Counted from the first letter of the stretch, positions 48,293 through 58,743 are shown. The stretch: DNA of 64,000 bases from Candidatus Falkowbacteria bacterium (GCA_043798985.1 JAZDOE010000003.1:7917-71916), one strand, 5' to 3'. Translations and numbers: made by a program. Notes: a model not told the origin generated them from the letters alone.

Positions 48293-49707
48293 CAAGGATG
48301 ACAATCAAGCAAGCGCATTATGGCTTGGAAAACAAGGATTTCACCTGCTTGGAATTGGTGGACGGTTTTTTGCGAAAAATAAAAAAGCGCAATAAAAATA
48401 TAAACGCGTTTATTACGATTGACGAGGATGGCGCATTACAAGCCGCTGAAAATGTTGACGCGAAAATTCGGCATGGCCAGCCAGTCGGTTTGTTGGAAGG
48501 TGTTCCTGTCGCGATTAAAGATAATATTTTAGTAAAAGGATTAAAAGCAACCGCCGGCTCAAAAATTTTGGAATATTATGTCGCGCCATATGACGCCACT
48601 GCGATTGAACGGCTGAAAAAAGCTGGCGTAATTATCTTGGGCAAAACCAATATGGACGAATTCGCCTTAGGCGGATCAGGCGAATCGTCGTATTTTGGCG
48701 CGACCAAAAATCCTTGCGATGAAAAACGCGTGCCCGGCGGTTCGTCGTCCGGGTCAGCCGCGGCTGTCGCTGATTTTCAATGCGTCGCAGGGCTTGGTTC
48801 TGACACCGGCGGATCTGTGCGCCAGCCGGCTGGTTTTTGCGGGGTCACGGGATTAAAGCCGACTTATGGTAGGGTGTCGCGCCACGGTTTGATAGCAATG
48901 GCATCCAGTTTTGATCAAATCGGACCAATCGCGCGCAATGTTGAAGATGCTGAAATTTTGTTTAATGAAATTTCAGGCACTGACAACTTTGATTCAACGG
49001 TAAATGATTTTTCAAAAAAGATAAAAAAGAAAAATGAAATAACTATTGGTGTTCCGAAAGAATATTTTGTCGCAGGAATGGATGTTGAGGTTGAACAAAA
49101 AATCAAAGAAGCCATCGCGGTGATGAAAGAATCTGGTTTTAATATTAAAGAAATCAGTTTACCGCATGCTGATTTGGCATTGGCTGTTTATTATATTTTG
49201 ATGCCGGCCGAAGTGTCGTCAAATCTGGCGCGATTTGACGGGGTAAAATATGGTTTTCGCGCAGAGGCCGGCAATTTATTGGAACAATATTTGTGGACGC
49301 GTTCTATTGGTTTTGGCGATGAAGCAAAGCGCCGAATAATGCTTGGCACATTTGTTTTGTCCGCCGGTTATCAGGATGCTTATTACAAAAAAGCGCAAAA
49401 GGCGCGGCGTCTGATTAAAAATGATTTTGACGCCGCGTTTAAAGAAGTTGACGCGATTTTGACGCCGACAAGTCCGACGCCAGCGTTTAAACTTGGTGAA
49501 AAATTTAATGATCCATTGACAATGTATTTGGCAGATATTTTTACTGTTTCCGCGAACGTGGCAGGCATTCCGGCAATGAGCATTCCAGCCGGAAAAACAA
49601 AAGCAGGATTGCCAATTGGATTGCAAATAATGGCAAACTATTTTAACGAAGATTTGATTTTTTCCATAGCGAAAAAGTTTGAGCGGGAAAACGGTTATGT
49701 CAATTAA
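48283..49707 (+). CDS. gatA: Glutamyl-tRNA amidotransferase subunit A
   Basis: PGGSSSGSAAAV, GSDTGGSVRQP, SSNLARFDG. Confidence 0.97.
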   Translation: MDLTRMTIKQAHYGLENKDFTCLELVDGFLRKIKKRNKNINAFITIDEDGALQAAENVDAKIRHGQPVGLLEGVPVAIKDNILVKGLKATAGSKILEYYVAPYDATAIERLKKAGVIILGKTNMDEFALGGSGESSYFGATKNPCDEKRVPGGSSSGSAAAVADFQCVAGLGSDTGGSVRQPAGFCGVTGLKPTYGRVSRHGLIAMASSFDQIGPIARNVEDAEILFNEISGTDNFDSTVNDFSKKIKKKNEITIGVPKEYFVAGMDVEVEQKIKEAIAVMKESGFNIKEISLPHADLALAVYYILMPAEVSSNLARFDGVKYGFRAEAGNLLEQYLWTRSIGFGDEAKRRIMLGTFVLSAGYQDAYYKKAQKARRLIKNDFDAAFKEVDAILTPTSPTPAFKLGEKFNDPLTMYLADIFTVSANVAGIPAMSIPAGKTKAGLPIGLQIMANYFNEDLIFSIAKKFERENGYVN

Positions 49708-50137
49708 TTGGGAGTTTCAAACAACTGATGTTGTAATCGCGATGGTTGTCATTGTCGCGGGATTTTTGCTTTATTTTTGGTTGCGCAAAATAAGCAGGCC
49801 AGAATTGGTTGGTATATCGCAAAAGGAAATTCAACGTCGTTGGAATGAGATTTGTGGCATGGTAAAAGTTAGAAAGGAAATGAATTATAAATTGGCAGTG
49901 ATTGAGGCGGACAAATTGCTGGATCATATTTTGAAGGCAATGAATTTTCAGGGTGACACAATGGGCGATCGGTTAAAATTGGCAATATACAGGTTTCCAA
50001 AGTTGCGCAAAGTCGTTTGGGCGCATCGCGTACGCAATCAAATTGTTCATGAAGTGAATTATAGTTTGCGGTATGGCGTGGCGCGATTGTTGTTGAAGTT
50101 ATACAAGAATGCGTTGAAACATTTGCGAGTGTTGTAG
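49697..50137 (+). CDS. Conserved CPR hypothetical protein
   Basis: LAVIEADKLLD, GDTMGDRLK, WAHRVRNQIVH. Confidence 0.75.
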   Translation: MSINWEFQTTDVVIAMVVIVAGFLLYFWLRKISRPELVGISQKEIQRRWNEICGMVKVRKEMNYKLAVIEADKLLDHILKAMNFQGDTMGDRLKLAIYRFPKLRKVVWAHRVRNQIVHEVNYSLRYGVARLLLKLYKNALKHLRVL

Positions 50138-50169
50138 CTTGTAGCTGGTAGCAGGGTAGCTTATTGGCA

Positions 50170-50709
50170 ATGAAAATAAATTACGTTTTCACAATTTTAG
50201 TTGCGATTTTATTTTTTGGAGGCGTGGCGCAAGCGCAACAGTTTTTTATTGAGCCATTGCAAAACGCGTATATTAAAGTTGAACGTTTGGATTGGCAGAC
50301 TTATGAATTTTCCGGCCGCACAAATATTCAAGACAATGTTGGATTGAATTTTACGTGGACAGTGGATGGCGCGCAGGTTTTTTACACAAAGACTTTTCAA
50401 CATGTTTTTACGACTGGCGCGCATGTGATATCAATGCAGGTTGCGGATTCTTTTGGGAACAGGATTAATGACACGGCGCAAATTCAGGCGTCGTTTTGGC
50501 AGGTGACAAATCCATGGCTGTGGTGGTTGGCTTATTTTATTATCGTTGCGTTTATTTTGTATTATTGGGTTGGCAAGGTTGTGTATCTTGCTTTTCGTAA
50601 AAAATTTCAAAATGAAGCAAAGATATTTTTGGACACGATATTTGATGAGCGCGGTTTTGTGAGCAAAGTAATTGAAACCAAGGTGCGCAAAGCAATGTTG
50701 CGGAAATGA
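50170..50709 (+). CDS. Exported protein with PKD-like domain and TM
   Basis: FTWTVDG, HVFTTGAHVISMQVAD. Confidence 0.6.
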   Translation: MKINYVFTILVAILFFGGVAQAQQFFIEPLQNAYIKVERLDWQTYEFSGRTNIQDNVGLNFTWTVDGAQVFYTKTFQHVFTTGAHVISMQVADSFGNRINDTAQIQASFWQVTNPWLWWLAYFIIVAFILYYWVGKVVYLAFRKKFQNEAKIFLDTIFDERGFVSKVIETKVRKAMLRK

Positions 50710-50713
50710 TTTT

Positions 50714-51247
50714 ATGAAAATTTTGTTGCATGTTTGTTGTGCTGTTTGCGGCGGCGCGGTAATTGAAAAATTAAAACAAGATGACAATAAAGTCATTGCG
50801 TTTTTTTATAATCCCAATATTTTTCCGGAGGAAGAATATATGCGCCGCCGCGACGAGGCCGCGCGAATTTGTAAAGAAATGGGAATTGAATTTATTGAAG
50901 GTGAATACGATTATAAAAGTTGGTTGAGCAAGGTTAAAGATTATGCTGGAGAAAAAGAAGGCGGAAAGCGATGTGAAATTTGTTTTGCGATCAGATTGAG
51001 CGAGGCCAGCCAAAAAGCAAAAGAACTTGATTGCGATGCGATTGCCACTACATTAACAATAAGTCCGCATAAAAACGCGGAAGTTGTGAATAGAGTCGGA
51101 AAAGAATGTTCTGAAATTTATGGATTGAAATTTATTGATACTATTTGGCGAAAAGGCGGAGGATTCAAACGGGCGTGCGAAATTGCCAAAGAACAAAATG
51201 TTTATCATCAGCATTATTGCGGCTGCGAATATAGCGTCGGCTACTAA
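50714..51247 (+). CDS. queH: Epoxyqueuosine reductase QueH
   Basis: LLHVCCA.C, FYNPNI, RCxxC, TTL.ISPHK, Q.YCGC. Confidence 0.9.
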   Translation: MKILLHVCCAVCGGAVIEKLKQDDNKVIAFFYNPNIFPEEEYMRRRDEAARICKEMGIEFIEGEYDYKSWLSKVKDYAGEKEGGKRCEICFAIRLSEASQKAKELDCDAIATTLTISPHKNAEVVNRVGKECSEIYGLKFIDTIWRKGGGFKRACEIAKEQNVYHQHYCGCEYSVGY

Positions 51248-51290
51248 TTACTAATCACTACGAATTGTTACCAATTACGAATATACGAAT
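51241..51290. repeat. TACGAAT-type array, inverted relative to 47927-47968
   Basis: CTACTAATTACTAATCACTACGAAT..TACCAATTACGAAT. Confidence 0.65.
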
Positions 51291-51330
51291 AAAAAAATAC
51301 CCCGACTAAGTTTTAGCGGGGGGCGTTTGT

Positions 51331-51963
51331 TCACGTTTTCCTACACGTGGCGTAGACAAAGTTTTTCCGAAGTTCGTGGAATATCGGCGAACCTGCAAGT
51401 AATTCCCATGTGCCGCTACAAAAGAACATTTCTTTGCCATCGCCACCTAAGAAATCAAAGTGGCCAGCGCTCATTTTGTGCGGATAATGCGTTGCCAGCG
51501 CTGTCAATTCAACTGGCGTAAGAACGCGTCGCCCGTGTTCGGCAAGTTCGGTCTTGATGTCAGTGACCAGTTTGCCAACGTCTTCTCCTGATCTACTGAT
51601 GTCTGTGTCAAATATCAAGTACGGCTGTTGTGCTTCTTCGGTAAACTTGGACAGATGGCCATCCGCGATAGCGCCACGTCCATAGTGCGCAGTGTTAGAA
51701 TTGGGGCGATTCCTGGTTTGATGATCAGGCGCTGGGGCCCAAATCTTGGAAAGCTGGTGAGCTAATGGAACCATTGTTTGCGGAATAATGACAAGTACTC
51801 GCACTGATGTGTCATGGTCGTACATCCAACGCGCTGCATCTACGAGCAGTGCGTTGAATGTTTCGCGAAAAGCAAGCTCGCTTTTATTCGCGACCTGATG
51901 ATAGCCAAGCTTGATCAACTGCTCAATCTGGCGCTCGACGATTCCAACGAAGTGTCTGGGCAT
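51331..51963 (-). CDS. DUF5701-like protein in stand-alone cassette
   Basis: RQIEQLIKLGY, PYLIFD.D, GRR.LT..E..AL.THYP; TTGACG-17-TAAATT promoter, AAAGGAGG SD. Confidence 0.6.
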   Translation of the reverse strand: MPRHFVGIVERQIEQLIKLGYHQVANKSELAFRETFNALLVDAARWMYDHDTSVRVLVIIPQTMVPLAHQLSKIWAPAPDHQTRNRPNSNTAHYGRGAIADGHLSKFTEEAQQPYLIFDTDISRSGEDVGKLVTDIKTELAEHGRRVLTPVELTALATHYPHKMSAGHFDFLGGDGKEMFFCSGTWELLAGSPIFHELRKNFVYATCRKT

Positions 51964-52068
51964 TGCGGCCTCCTTTGTTCATTGTTTAAGAACAATTAAA
52001 TTTATCACGGATTTTGGAGCGCGTCAAGCTTTTTGTTTCACGCGTTGCATGTGATAGAATGATTAAAT

Positions 52069-54078
52069 ATGATTGATTATAAAGCTTTGCTGAACGATGA
52101 ACAATATGAAATCGTCACAAAAGGCGATGGTCCGTGTTTGGTTTTGGCTGGCGCTGGCAGTGGCAAAACGCGGACATTGGTTTTTCGCGTGGCGTATTTG
52201 ATTGAAAAAGGTGTTGCGCCGGAGAATATTTTGCTTGTCACATTTACAAACAAAGCTGCGAAAGAAATGATGGAGCGCGTTGAGAAATTGTTGGGTTGTC
52301 GGCCGCAAGGTTTGTGGGGCGGAACTTTTCATCATATTGCGAATTTGATTTTGCGGAAACAGTCTGAAAAGTTGGGTTATAAAAATAATTTTAATATTTT
52401 GGATGAGGATGACAGCACAAGCTTGATTAAAAAGGCAATGGATGATTTGGGGCTGAATACAAAAGGACAAAGTTTTCCAAAGCCAAATATTATTCGCGGG
52501 ATTATAAGTTTTAGCCGAAACACAAACCAAGATGTTCGCGAGGTTGCTGAATGCAATTATGGTTTGCCTGATTTTGTGGCGAAAAAAGCAGAGGAAATCG
52601 CAAGCGCTTATGAAACAAAGAAAAAAACCGCGAATGTAATGGATTTTGATGATTTGCTTGTGAATTGGTTGAAGTTGCTGGAAAAATTTCCAGAGCTTTG
52701 CGAACGTTATTCGCGGCAATTTCAACATATTTTGGTTGATGAATATCAGGATACGAATTATATTCAGGCGGAAATAATCAAACGATTGGCAGGCGTTCAT
52801 AAAAACATTTTGGTGGTTGGCGATGACTCGCAAAGCATTTATTCTTTTCGCGCCGCTGACGTTAAAAATATTTTGAATTTTCCAAAGCTTTTCATCAGGG
52901 CGCAGATTTTTAAAATTGAAACAAATTATCGCAGTACCCCGCAGATTCTTGATTTGGCCAATGAAATTATAAAACACAATCACTATAAATATCCGAAAAA
53001 TTTACAGGCAAAGCGCGGAGATGGTTTTATGCCAATGGTTGTTCCGTGCCGCGATAATCAGCAACAAGCGACTTTGATTATTGAGCGGATTAAAGAACTT
53101 AGAAATGGCGGCGCAACACTCGGCCAAATGGCCGTACTTTTCCGCGCCGCGTTTCATTCCGTTGAATTGCAAATGGAATTAAACCGCGCCCAAATTCCAT
53201 ATGTTGTGCGCGGCGGCACGCGCTATTTTGAGCAAGCGCATATTAAAGATGTTTTGGCATATTTGAAAATTTTGGCGAATTTTCAAGATGAGTCAGCATG
53301 GATTCGCGTTTTGAAAACTTTTGACGGCATTGGTCCGGGCACAATCGCCAAAATTTGGCAGGATATAAAAAACCAGCAGTCGCTGGCAGATATTTTTACG
53401 GTTGAGACACGTTTGCCAGCAAAAGCAGCCGCGAGTTGGGAAAAATTGAGAAATATTTTCGAGCGGCTGTTGAGTCTGAATCAAACCAAATCAGGTTTTA
53501 TTGCCGAGGCATTGGATTGCGTAATTGCCAAGCATTATTCAGAATTTTTGCGAAATAATTTTGAAAATTATCGCGACAGGCAAGAAGATTTGGACGAGCT
53601 CATTGATTTTGTTTATAACTATGAAAGTCTAGACAAACTTTTGGCTGATTTGATGCTTGATGAAAATTTCGCGGGAGAAAGCAGTAAAAAAGAAGCGCGT
53701 GATGCCCCGCCGTGGCGGGGCGAGGTTTTGGTTTTATCAACAATTCATCAGGCAAAGGGTTTGGAATGGTCATGCGTTTTTGTGATTGGTTTGCGCGATG
53801 GCCAATTTCCGCATTACAAATCTTTGGAAAACGCGGTTGAGCTGGAAGAAGAGCGCAGACTTTTTTACGTGGCAGCAACCCGCGCGCAAAATGAGTTGGT
53901 GTTATTATATCCGGCGCGGGCGCACCCCGCCGGTGGCGGGGCAAGCTTTTGGGCAAATCAATCAACCGGGCCATCAATGTTTATTAAAGAATTGGATCGC
54001 AAAAAATACGTGACGTTGCATAAATTCGGATTTCGGTGGGACAAAGATGAGACAGATGAGGAAGTCAGATATGAATAA
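52069..54078 (+). CDS. pcrA: UvrD/PcrA helicase (two palindromic in-frame inserts)
   Basis: AGAGSGKT, VDEYQDTN, VGDDSQSIYSFR, STIHQAKGLEW, EEERRLFYVA. Confidence 0.95.
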   Translation: MIDYKALLNDEQYEIVTKGDGPCLVLAGAGSGKTRTLVFRVAYLIEKGVAPENILLVTFTNKAAKEMMERVEKLLGCRPQGLWGGTFHHIANLILRKQSEKLGYKNNFNILDEDDSTSLIKKAMDDLGLNTKGQSFPKPNIIRGIISFSRNTNQDVREVAECNYGLPDFVAKKAEEIASAYETKKKTANVMDFDDLLVNWLKLLEKFPELCERYSRQFQHILVDEYQDTNYIQAEIIKRLAGVHKNILVVGDDSQSIYSFRAADVKNILNFPKLFIRAQIFKIETNYRSTPQILDLANEIIKHNHYKYPKNLQAKRGDGFMPMVVPCRDNQQQATLIIERIKELRNGGATLGQMAVLFRAAFHSVELQMELNRAQIPYVVRGGTRYFEQAHIKDVLAYLKILANFQDESAWIRVLKTFDGIGPGTIAKIWQDIKNQQSLADIFTVETRLPAKAAASWEKLRNIFERLLSLNQTKSGFIAEALDCVIAKHYSEFLRNNFENYRDRQEDLDELIDFVYNYESLDKLLADLMLDENFAGESSKKEARDAPPWRGEVLVLSTIHQAKGLEWSCVFVIGLRDGQFPHYKSLENAVELEEERRLFYVAATRAQNELVLLYPARAHPAGGGASFWANQSTGPSMFIKELDRKKYVTLHKFGFRWDKDETDEEVRYE

Positions 54079-54105
54079 AATTTGGATGTGTTATAATATT
54101 CAAAT

Positions 54106-54468
54106 ATGAGTGGAGGGCTAGTTTTCCAGTCCATAAGTTTTGTCGCCAAAGAAATCGTGGGTGATATTTTGTATTTTCCGATTTGGTGGTATTCGGTTGG
54201 GCTGAAAAAACGATTGGACGGATTTGTTGAAACCGCGAAACAAGCAAATCAAGAATTCGCGTTGTCAATTTGGTTGAAAAATTTATTTGTGCCAATGTAT
54301 GGGCAAAATGACTGGCAGGGCAGGCTTGTCAGTTTTTTTATGCGGCTGGTGCAAATTATCGGGCGCGGTATTCTGGCTGGTTTGTGGTTAATCATCGGAT
54401 TGGTGGTAATTGTTGTGTGGATTTTTGCGCCAGTATTCATTATCTGGCAGCTTGTCATAAATTTATAA
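54106..54468 (+). CDS. Conserved CPR membrane protein
   Basis: YFPIWWY, KNLFVPMYG, upstream of Clp ATPase. Confidence 0.7.
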   Translation: MSGGLVFQSISFVAKEIVGDILYFPIWWYSVGLKKRLDGFVETAKQANQEFALSIWLKNLFVPMYGQNDWQGRLVSFFMRLVQIIGRGILAGLWLIIGLVVIVVWIFAPVFIIWQLVINL

Positions 54469-54471
54469 ACA

Positions 54472-57258
54472 ATGCATACAGTGCTGACAACTAAACGCGA
54501 AAAGGATTTTCTGGTTTGCGAGCATTGCAATGGAACGGGCGAGCGCGAAAATAGCAAATGCGGCGTTTGCAATGGTTTTGGCGTTGTAGCGTTTTTGGAA
54601 GATACGATTTTGTATTGGGGCAAAAAACTGGACAAAGTCCAGATTTATTTTGAAAAAGTTTTGAAAGTTGTCCGCGCGATATTTAATTTGTTTTTGTTGA
54701 TTATTGGCTTATCCGGACTGGGCATGTTGTTTTTTGTTTCGTATCAAGATAATTTTACAAATTTGTTCAGCTTGGATTTTTGGACAACGGCAAGTGTTGA
54801 TAAAGCATATTTTTGGTTTTCTTTGCTAATATTTTTGTATGTGTTTTATCGGCTGGAAAGCGATACAATAGGAAAGCGGTCGGTTTTTAGCCATTGCTAT
54901 TCTCGGCACAACAGACTTTACTCAACGTGGGAAGATGTGCTGCGACAGCCCATGCCTACCGGCAGGCAGGCGCGATCAAGTTTTGTTGATGTTGCGAAAA
55001 GTTTGGACGATGATGTGGAGCGGGCGTTTGAAAAAGCTTATGTTTTGGCAAGCGGCTGGGGACAAAAGGAAATTACGCGGCTGCATTTATTCGCGGAATT
55101 GTTAACCTGCCGCGACGCGGCCATGGTTGCCGCGCGCTTGGGGTTGGCTGCTGAAAAAATTGAAGACAAACTGGCGCGCGTCTTGTTGCGTGATGGAACA
55201 GGACAAATTAAAAACACGTTGCTTTCGGCCGAAGCAAAAAAAATAGCGCTGACCGCGTACATTGACGCGCATCATTTTGGCGAAAATCACGTAAGCGCAC
55301 TTAATATTTTCAACGCGCTGCTTGATAAAACGGTTGGCGATGATTTAGTGTCTGACATTTTATTGGATTTTAATGTTAAGCAACAAGACGCGCGCAATGT
55401 CATTCAATGGATAAGAATTTTGGAAAAAATACGGCAACGTTGGGGCAAATTTAAATCGCGTAGCAGATACAAACCGAAAAAAGGAATGGATCGCGCAATG
55501 ACTGCTGTTGCCACGCCGGTTTTAAATTCAGTCAGCGAGGATTTGACATTGGCGGCAATAAACGGAAGCCTTTTTCCGTGTCTTGGTCGCGACAAAGAAT
55601 TTGAAGAAATTTTTAGAATAATGGAAGGCAGCCGCAAACCGGTCTTATTGATTGGAAGTCAAGGAGTTGGTCGGACGTCAATCATTCATGGTTTGGCGCA
55701 AAAAATGGCAGAAGAAACTGTGCCTGAAATTTTGCAGGATAAGCGGCTTGTGTCGGTTAGTCTGCCGCATTTATTGGCAGGGGATCAACATACGACAACA
55801 GAACAAAAATTATTGATGCTTGCGCAGGAGTTAATAAGAGCAGGGAACGCTGTTTTGGTTGTTGAATCGTTGCATAATCTAGTTGGCCCCGCCAACGGCG
55901 AGATAAACCTCGGACTGGGTGATATATTGGCGCAGTTTTTGGAACGAGGCGCTTTTTACGCGATTGCAACAACAACACCTCAAGAATTTAAGACGCAGAT
56001 TGAGGGGACTGCCTTAGCTGAACAGTTTCAGGTTGTTCGCGTAGATGAAATGGAAATAAATGACGCGATACAAATTTTGGAGATAAAAAGTAGCACAATT
56101 GAATATGAAAATAATGTGTTTTTTTCATATCAGGCGATTGCGAAAGCAGCGGAATTGGCAACAAAATATTTGCACGAAACGCATTTGCCGGAAAACGCGT
56201 TGAGCGTTTTGGAACAAGCCGCGACAATGGCGCGAAAAACCCGCGGAGAAAAAACAATGGTGACTGCGGAAGATATTGCGATTGTTTTGTCGGAAAAAAT
56301 CAATATTCCGCTTACGGCCGTCACAGAAAGTGAAAGCGAAAAATTATTAAACTTGGAAGAGCGTTTGCACGAAAGAGTAATCGGACAAAATGAAGCAGTA
56401 AAAATGGTGGCGAACAGTTTGAGGCGCGCGCGAGCTGAATTGAGAGATGAAAAGCGGCCCATTGCTTCATTATTATTCATCGGGCCGACTGGCGTTGGAA
56501 AAACCGAGCTCGCGCGCGCGGTCGCAGAAATTTATTTTGGAAAAGAAGAAAATATGGTGCGGCTTGATATGTCAGAATTTCAAGAAGCAACCAGCGTGTT
56601 TAGATTTTTGGGCGCGCCTGCTGGCGCGGCAACTTACAAATCCGGCGGATATTTGACAGAAGCAATTCGCAAAAAGCCATTCAGTTTGTTGCTTGTTGAT
56701 GAAATTGAAAAAGCGCATCCTGATATTTTAAATTTATTTTTGCAGATTATGGATGATGGCAGGCTGACCGACAACATGGGACGCACAGTTTCTTTTACAA
56801 ATACAATAATAATAATGACATCAAACGCTGCCGCTGATTTTGTGCAAGCAGCGCTTTTGGAGCGCAAGTCGCTTGATGAAATCAAGCAAACGTTGATTAA
56901 CGAAAAATTGCAAGCGTATTTTAAACCAGAATTTATAAATCGTCTGGATGGATTGATTGTGTTTTCGCCATTGTCGCGCAAAGATTTGGTTGAAGTCGCG
57001 CGCCTGTTGGTCGGAAAAGTGGCCAAACAATTGGAAGCGCGCGGCATCACGTTAAAAATCACTGACGCTGGTTTGGCCGAATTCGCAGAACATGGTTATG
57101 ACGTGGTTTTTGGCGCGCGACCATTGCGCAGATTAATTCAGGAAAAGATTGATGATTTGCTGGCAAAATATTTGCTGGCAAACAAGCTTGATCCAAGGGA
57201 TGTTGTAGTTATTGAAGGAATTGATAAGATAAGGGTAGAGAAGAGGGAAGAGTTATAA
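54472..57258 (+). CDS. ClpA/B/C-family AAA+ ATPase with N-terminal Zn finger and TM segments
   Basis: RVIGQ, GPTGVGKT, DEIEKAH, GARPLRR; CxxCxGxG x2 and two TMs at N-terminus. Confidence 0.9.
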   Translation: MHTVLTTKREKDFLVCEHCNGTGERENSKCGVCNGFGVVAFLEDTILYWGKKLDKVQIYFEKVLKVVRAIFNLFLLIIGLSGLGMLFFVSYQDNFTNLFSLDFWTTASVDKAYFWFSLLIFLYVFYRLESDTIGKRSVFSHCYSRHNRLYSTWEDVLRQPMPTGRQARSSFVDVAKSLDDDVERAFEKAYVLASGWGQKEITRLHLFAELLTCRDAAMVAARLGLAAEKIEDKLARVLLRDGTGQIKNTLLSAEAKKIALTAYIDAHHFGENHVSALNIFNALLDKTVGDDLVSDILLDFNVKQQDARNVIQWIRILEKIRQRWGKFKSRSRYKPKKGMDRAMTAVATPVLNSVSEDLTLAAINGSLFPCLGRDKEFEEIFRIMEGSRKPVLLIGSQGVGRTSIIHGLAQKMAEETVPEILQDKRLVSVSLPHLLAGDQHTTTEQKLLMLAQELIRAGNAVLVVESLHNLVGPANGEINLGLGDILAQFLERGAFYAIATTTPQEFKTQIEGTALAEQFQVVRVDEMEINDAIQILEIKSSTIEYENNVFFSYQAIAKAAELATKYLHETHLPENALSVLEQAATMARKTRGEKTMVTAEDIAIVLSEKINIPLTAVTESESEKLLNLEERLHERVIGQNEAVKMVANSLRRARAELRDEKRPIASLLFIGPTGVGKTELARAVAEIYFGKEENMVRLDMSEFQEATSVFRFLGAPAGAATYKSGGYLTEAIRKKPFSLLLVDEIEKAHPDILNLFLQIMDDGRLTDNMGRTVSFTNTIIIMTSNAAADFVQAALLERKSLDEIKQTLINEKLQAYFKPEFINRLDGLIVFSPLSRKDLVEVARLLVGKVAKQLEARGITLKITDAGLAEFAEHGYDVVFGARPLRRLIQEKIDDLLAKYLLANKLDPRDVVVIEGIDKIRVEKREEL
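54950..54970. repeat. 21-nt in-frame insert (PMPTGRQA)
   Basis: CCATGCCTACCGGCAGGCAGG, identical to 14621-14641. Confidence 0.9.
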
Positions 57259-57261
57259 ATT

Positions 57262-58263
57262 ATGTTTTCTTTTGGTATTTTGGCAATTGTTATCGGCGCG
57301 GCGATTTTGTCGGCCGTTTTTACTTTTTTTGCCGCCAAAATCGCCGCGCATTTTAAAATTGTTGACCAACCTGACAGTGAAAGAAAAATTCATAAACGGC
57401 CGGTTCCGTTAATTGGCGGAGCGGCGATTTTTTTGGCGTTTAATTTTATTGTCGCGATTTTGCTGCTTTTGGGAGAATTGAATCTTGAAAATTTCAGACT
57501 AAAAAATTTAATTGGAATTTTTATTGCCGGCTTGTGGCTTGTTGTCGGCGGATTGTTGGACGACAAATTTAATTTGAAACCGCGCGTACAAATTATTTTT
57601 CCGATTCTGGCTATTGCCACTGTTATTGCCAGTGGTATTGGCATTGATTGGATTTCAAATCCATTTTCAGCCGGCTTATTGTATTTGGACAAATATGTTA
57701 TGCCAGTTTTTTGGGCTGGCGGAGTTTTGTACAAAGTGACTTTGTTCGCTGATATTTTCACATTGATTTGGCTTTTGGGCATGACATATTCAACAAAATT
57801 GTTGGACGGATTGGACGGACTTGTCGCGGGGATTTCATTTATCGCGTCAATTTTTATATTTTTTACGTCTTTGATAAAAGACATTCCGCAATATGACACA
57901 GCATTGTTGGCGCTTGTTTTTGGCGCGTCATGTTTGGGATTTTTATTTTTCAATTTCCATCCAGCGAAAATTTTTCTCGGCGAAGGCGGAAGCACTTTTT
58001 GCGGATTTATGTTAGGCGTTTTGTCAATTGTTTCCGGTAGCAAAATCGCGATAACGGTAATGTTAATGGCAGTGCCATTGTTGGATTTAATCCGAACGGT
58101 TGTGCGCAGGTTATTGGCAAAAAAATCGTTGTTCAAAACCAGCGACAAAAAACACATTCATCATCTTTTGCTGGACTTTGGTTTTTCACACAGATCAGCT
58201 GTTTTGTTGTTGTATTTGGTGACAATGCTGTTGGGCGCCGGGGCGTTATTGTTGCAGTTGTGA
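57262..58263 (+). CDS. MraY/WecA/TagO-family glycosyltransferase
   Basis: RKIH..P.P..GG, GLLDD, DGLDGL, NFHPAKIFLG, HIHH. Confidence 0.92.
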   Translation: MFSFGILAIVIGAAILSAVFTFFAAKIAAHFKIVDQPDSERKIHKRPVPLIGGAAIFLAFNFIVAILLLLGELNLENFRLKNLIGIFIAGLWLVVGGLLDDKFNLKPRVQIIFPILAIATVIASGIGIDWISNPFSAGLLYLDKYVMPVFWAGGVLYKVTLFADIFTLIWLLGMTYSTKLLDGLDGLVAGISFIASIFIFFTSLIKDIPQYDTALLALVFGASCLGFLFFNFHPAKIFLGEGGSTFCGFMLGVLSIVSGSKIAITVMLMAVPLLDLIRTVVRRLLAKKSLFKTSDKKHIHHLLLDFGFSHRSAVLLLYLVTMLLGAGALLLQL

Positions 58264-58316
58264 TTTGTCCACAGCCCTAGATTTTACGCGGGAAATTAAA
58301 TGGCGTATATATAAAG

Positions 58317-58344
58317 GTAGAGACAATTCATGAATTGTCTCTAC
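58317..58344. repeat. GTAG-type REP palindrome (variant)
   Basis: GTAGAGACAATTCATGAATTGTCTCTAC, perfect palindrome. Confidence 0.85.
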
Positions 58345-58357
58345 ATACAAGGTGATA

Positions 58358-58386
58358 TTGACAAAAATAAAAAACGCGATTATAAT
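58358..58386 (+). promoter_or_regulatory. Consensus sigma70 promoter of rplU
   Basis: TTGACA-17-TATAAT. Confidence 0.9.
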
Positions 58387-58413
58387 GGTTGAAACATTAA
58401 ATATCAATAAAAT

Positions 58414-58713
58414 ATGTTATCAGTTATAAAAACAGGCGGGAAGCAATACGTTGTTTCTGCTGGCAAGAAGCTTAAAGTTGAAAAATTAGCCGGAAACGCT
58501 GGCGACAGCATTGAATTTGACGCTGTTTTGTTAAAAGCTGACGAAGAAAAAGTTGAAATTGGCGCGCCGTATTTGGAAGGTGAAAAAGTTTCAGCCAAAC
58601 TTGTCAGACAAGGGCGCGCGAAAAAAGTGCGCGTGGTAAAATATAAGCGCAAGGTGCGCTATCATAAAGTTCACGGTCATAGACAGGCATTTACCGAGGT
58701 AGAAATCGTATAA
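58414..58713 (+). CDS. rplU: 50S ribosomal protein L21
   Basis: VIKTGGKQY, IGAPY, GHRQ. Confidence 0.97.
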   Translation: MLSVIKTGGKQYVVSAGKKLKVEKLAGNAGDSIEFDAVLLKADEEKVEIGAPYLEGEKVSAKLVRQGRAKKVRVVKYKRKVRYHKVHGHRQAFTEVEIV

Positions 58714-58714
58714 T

Positions 58715-58743
58715 AAAAAATCCCCCATTATGGGGGATTTTTT
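58715..58743. terminator. Bidirectional terminator
   Basis: AAAAAATCCCCCA-TTA-TGGGGGATTTTTT between convergent genes. Confidence 0.85.

Noticed and set aside
47975-49707. gatCA without adjacent gatB
   Set aside because: Split gat operons are common; gatB is probably elsewhere
57390-58157. 255-aa antisense ORF
   Set aside because: Shadow of the hydrophobic MraY-family gene
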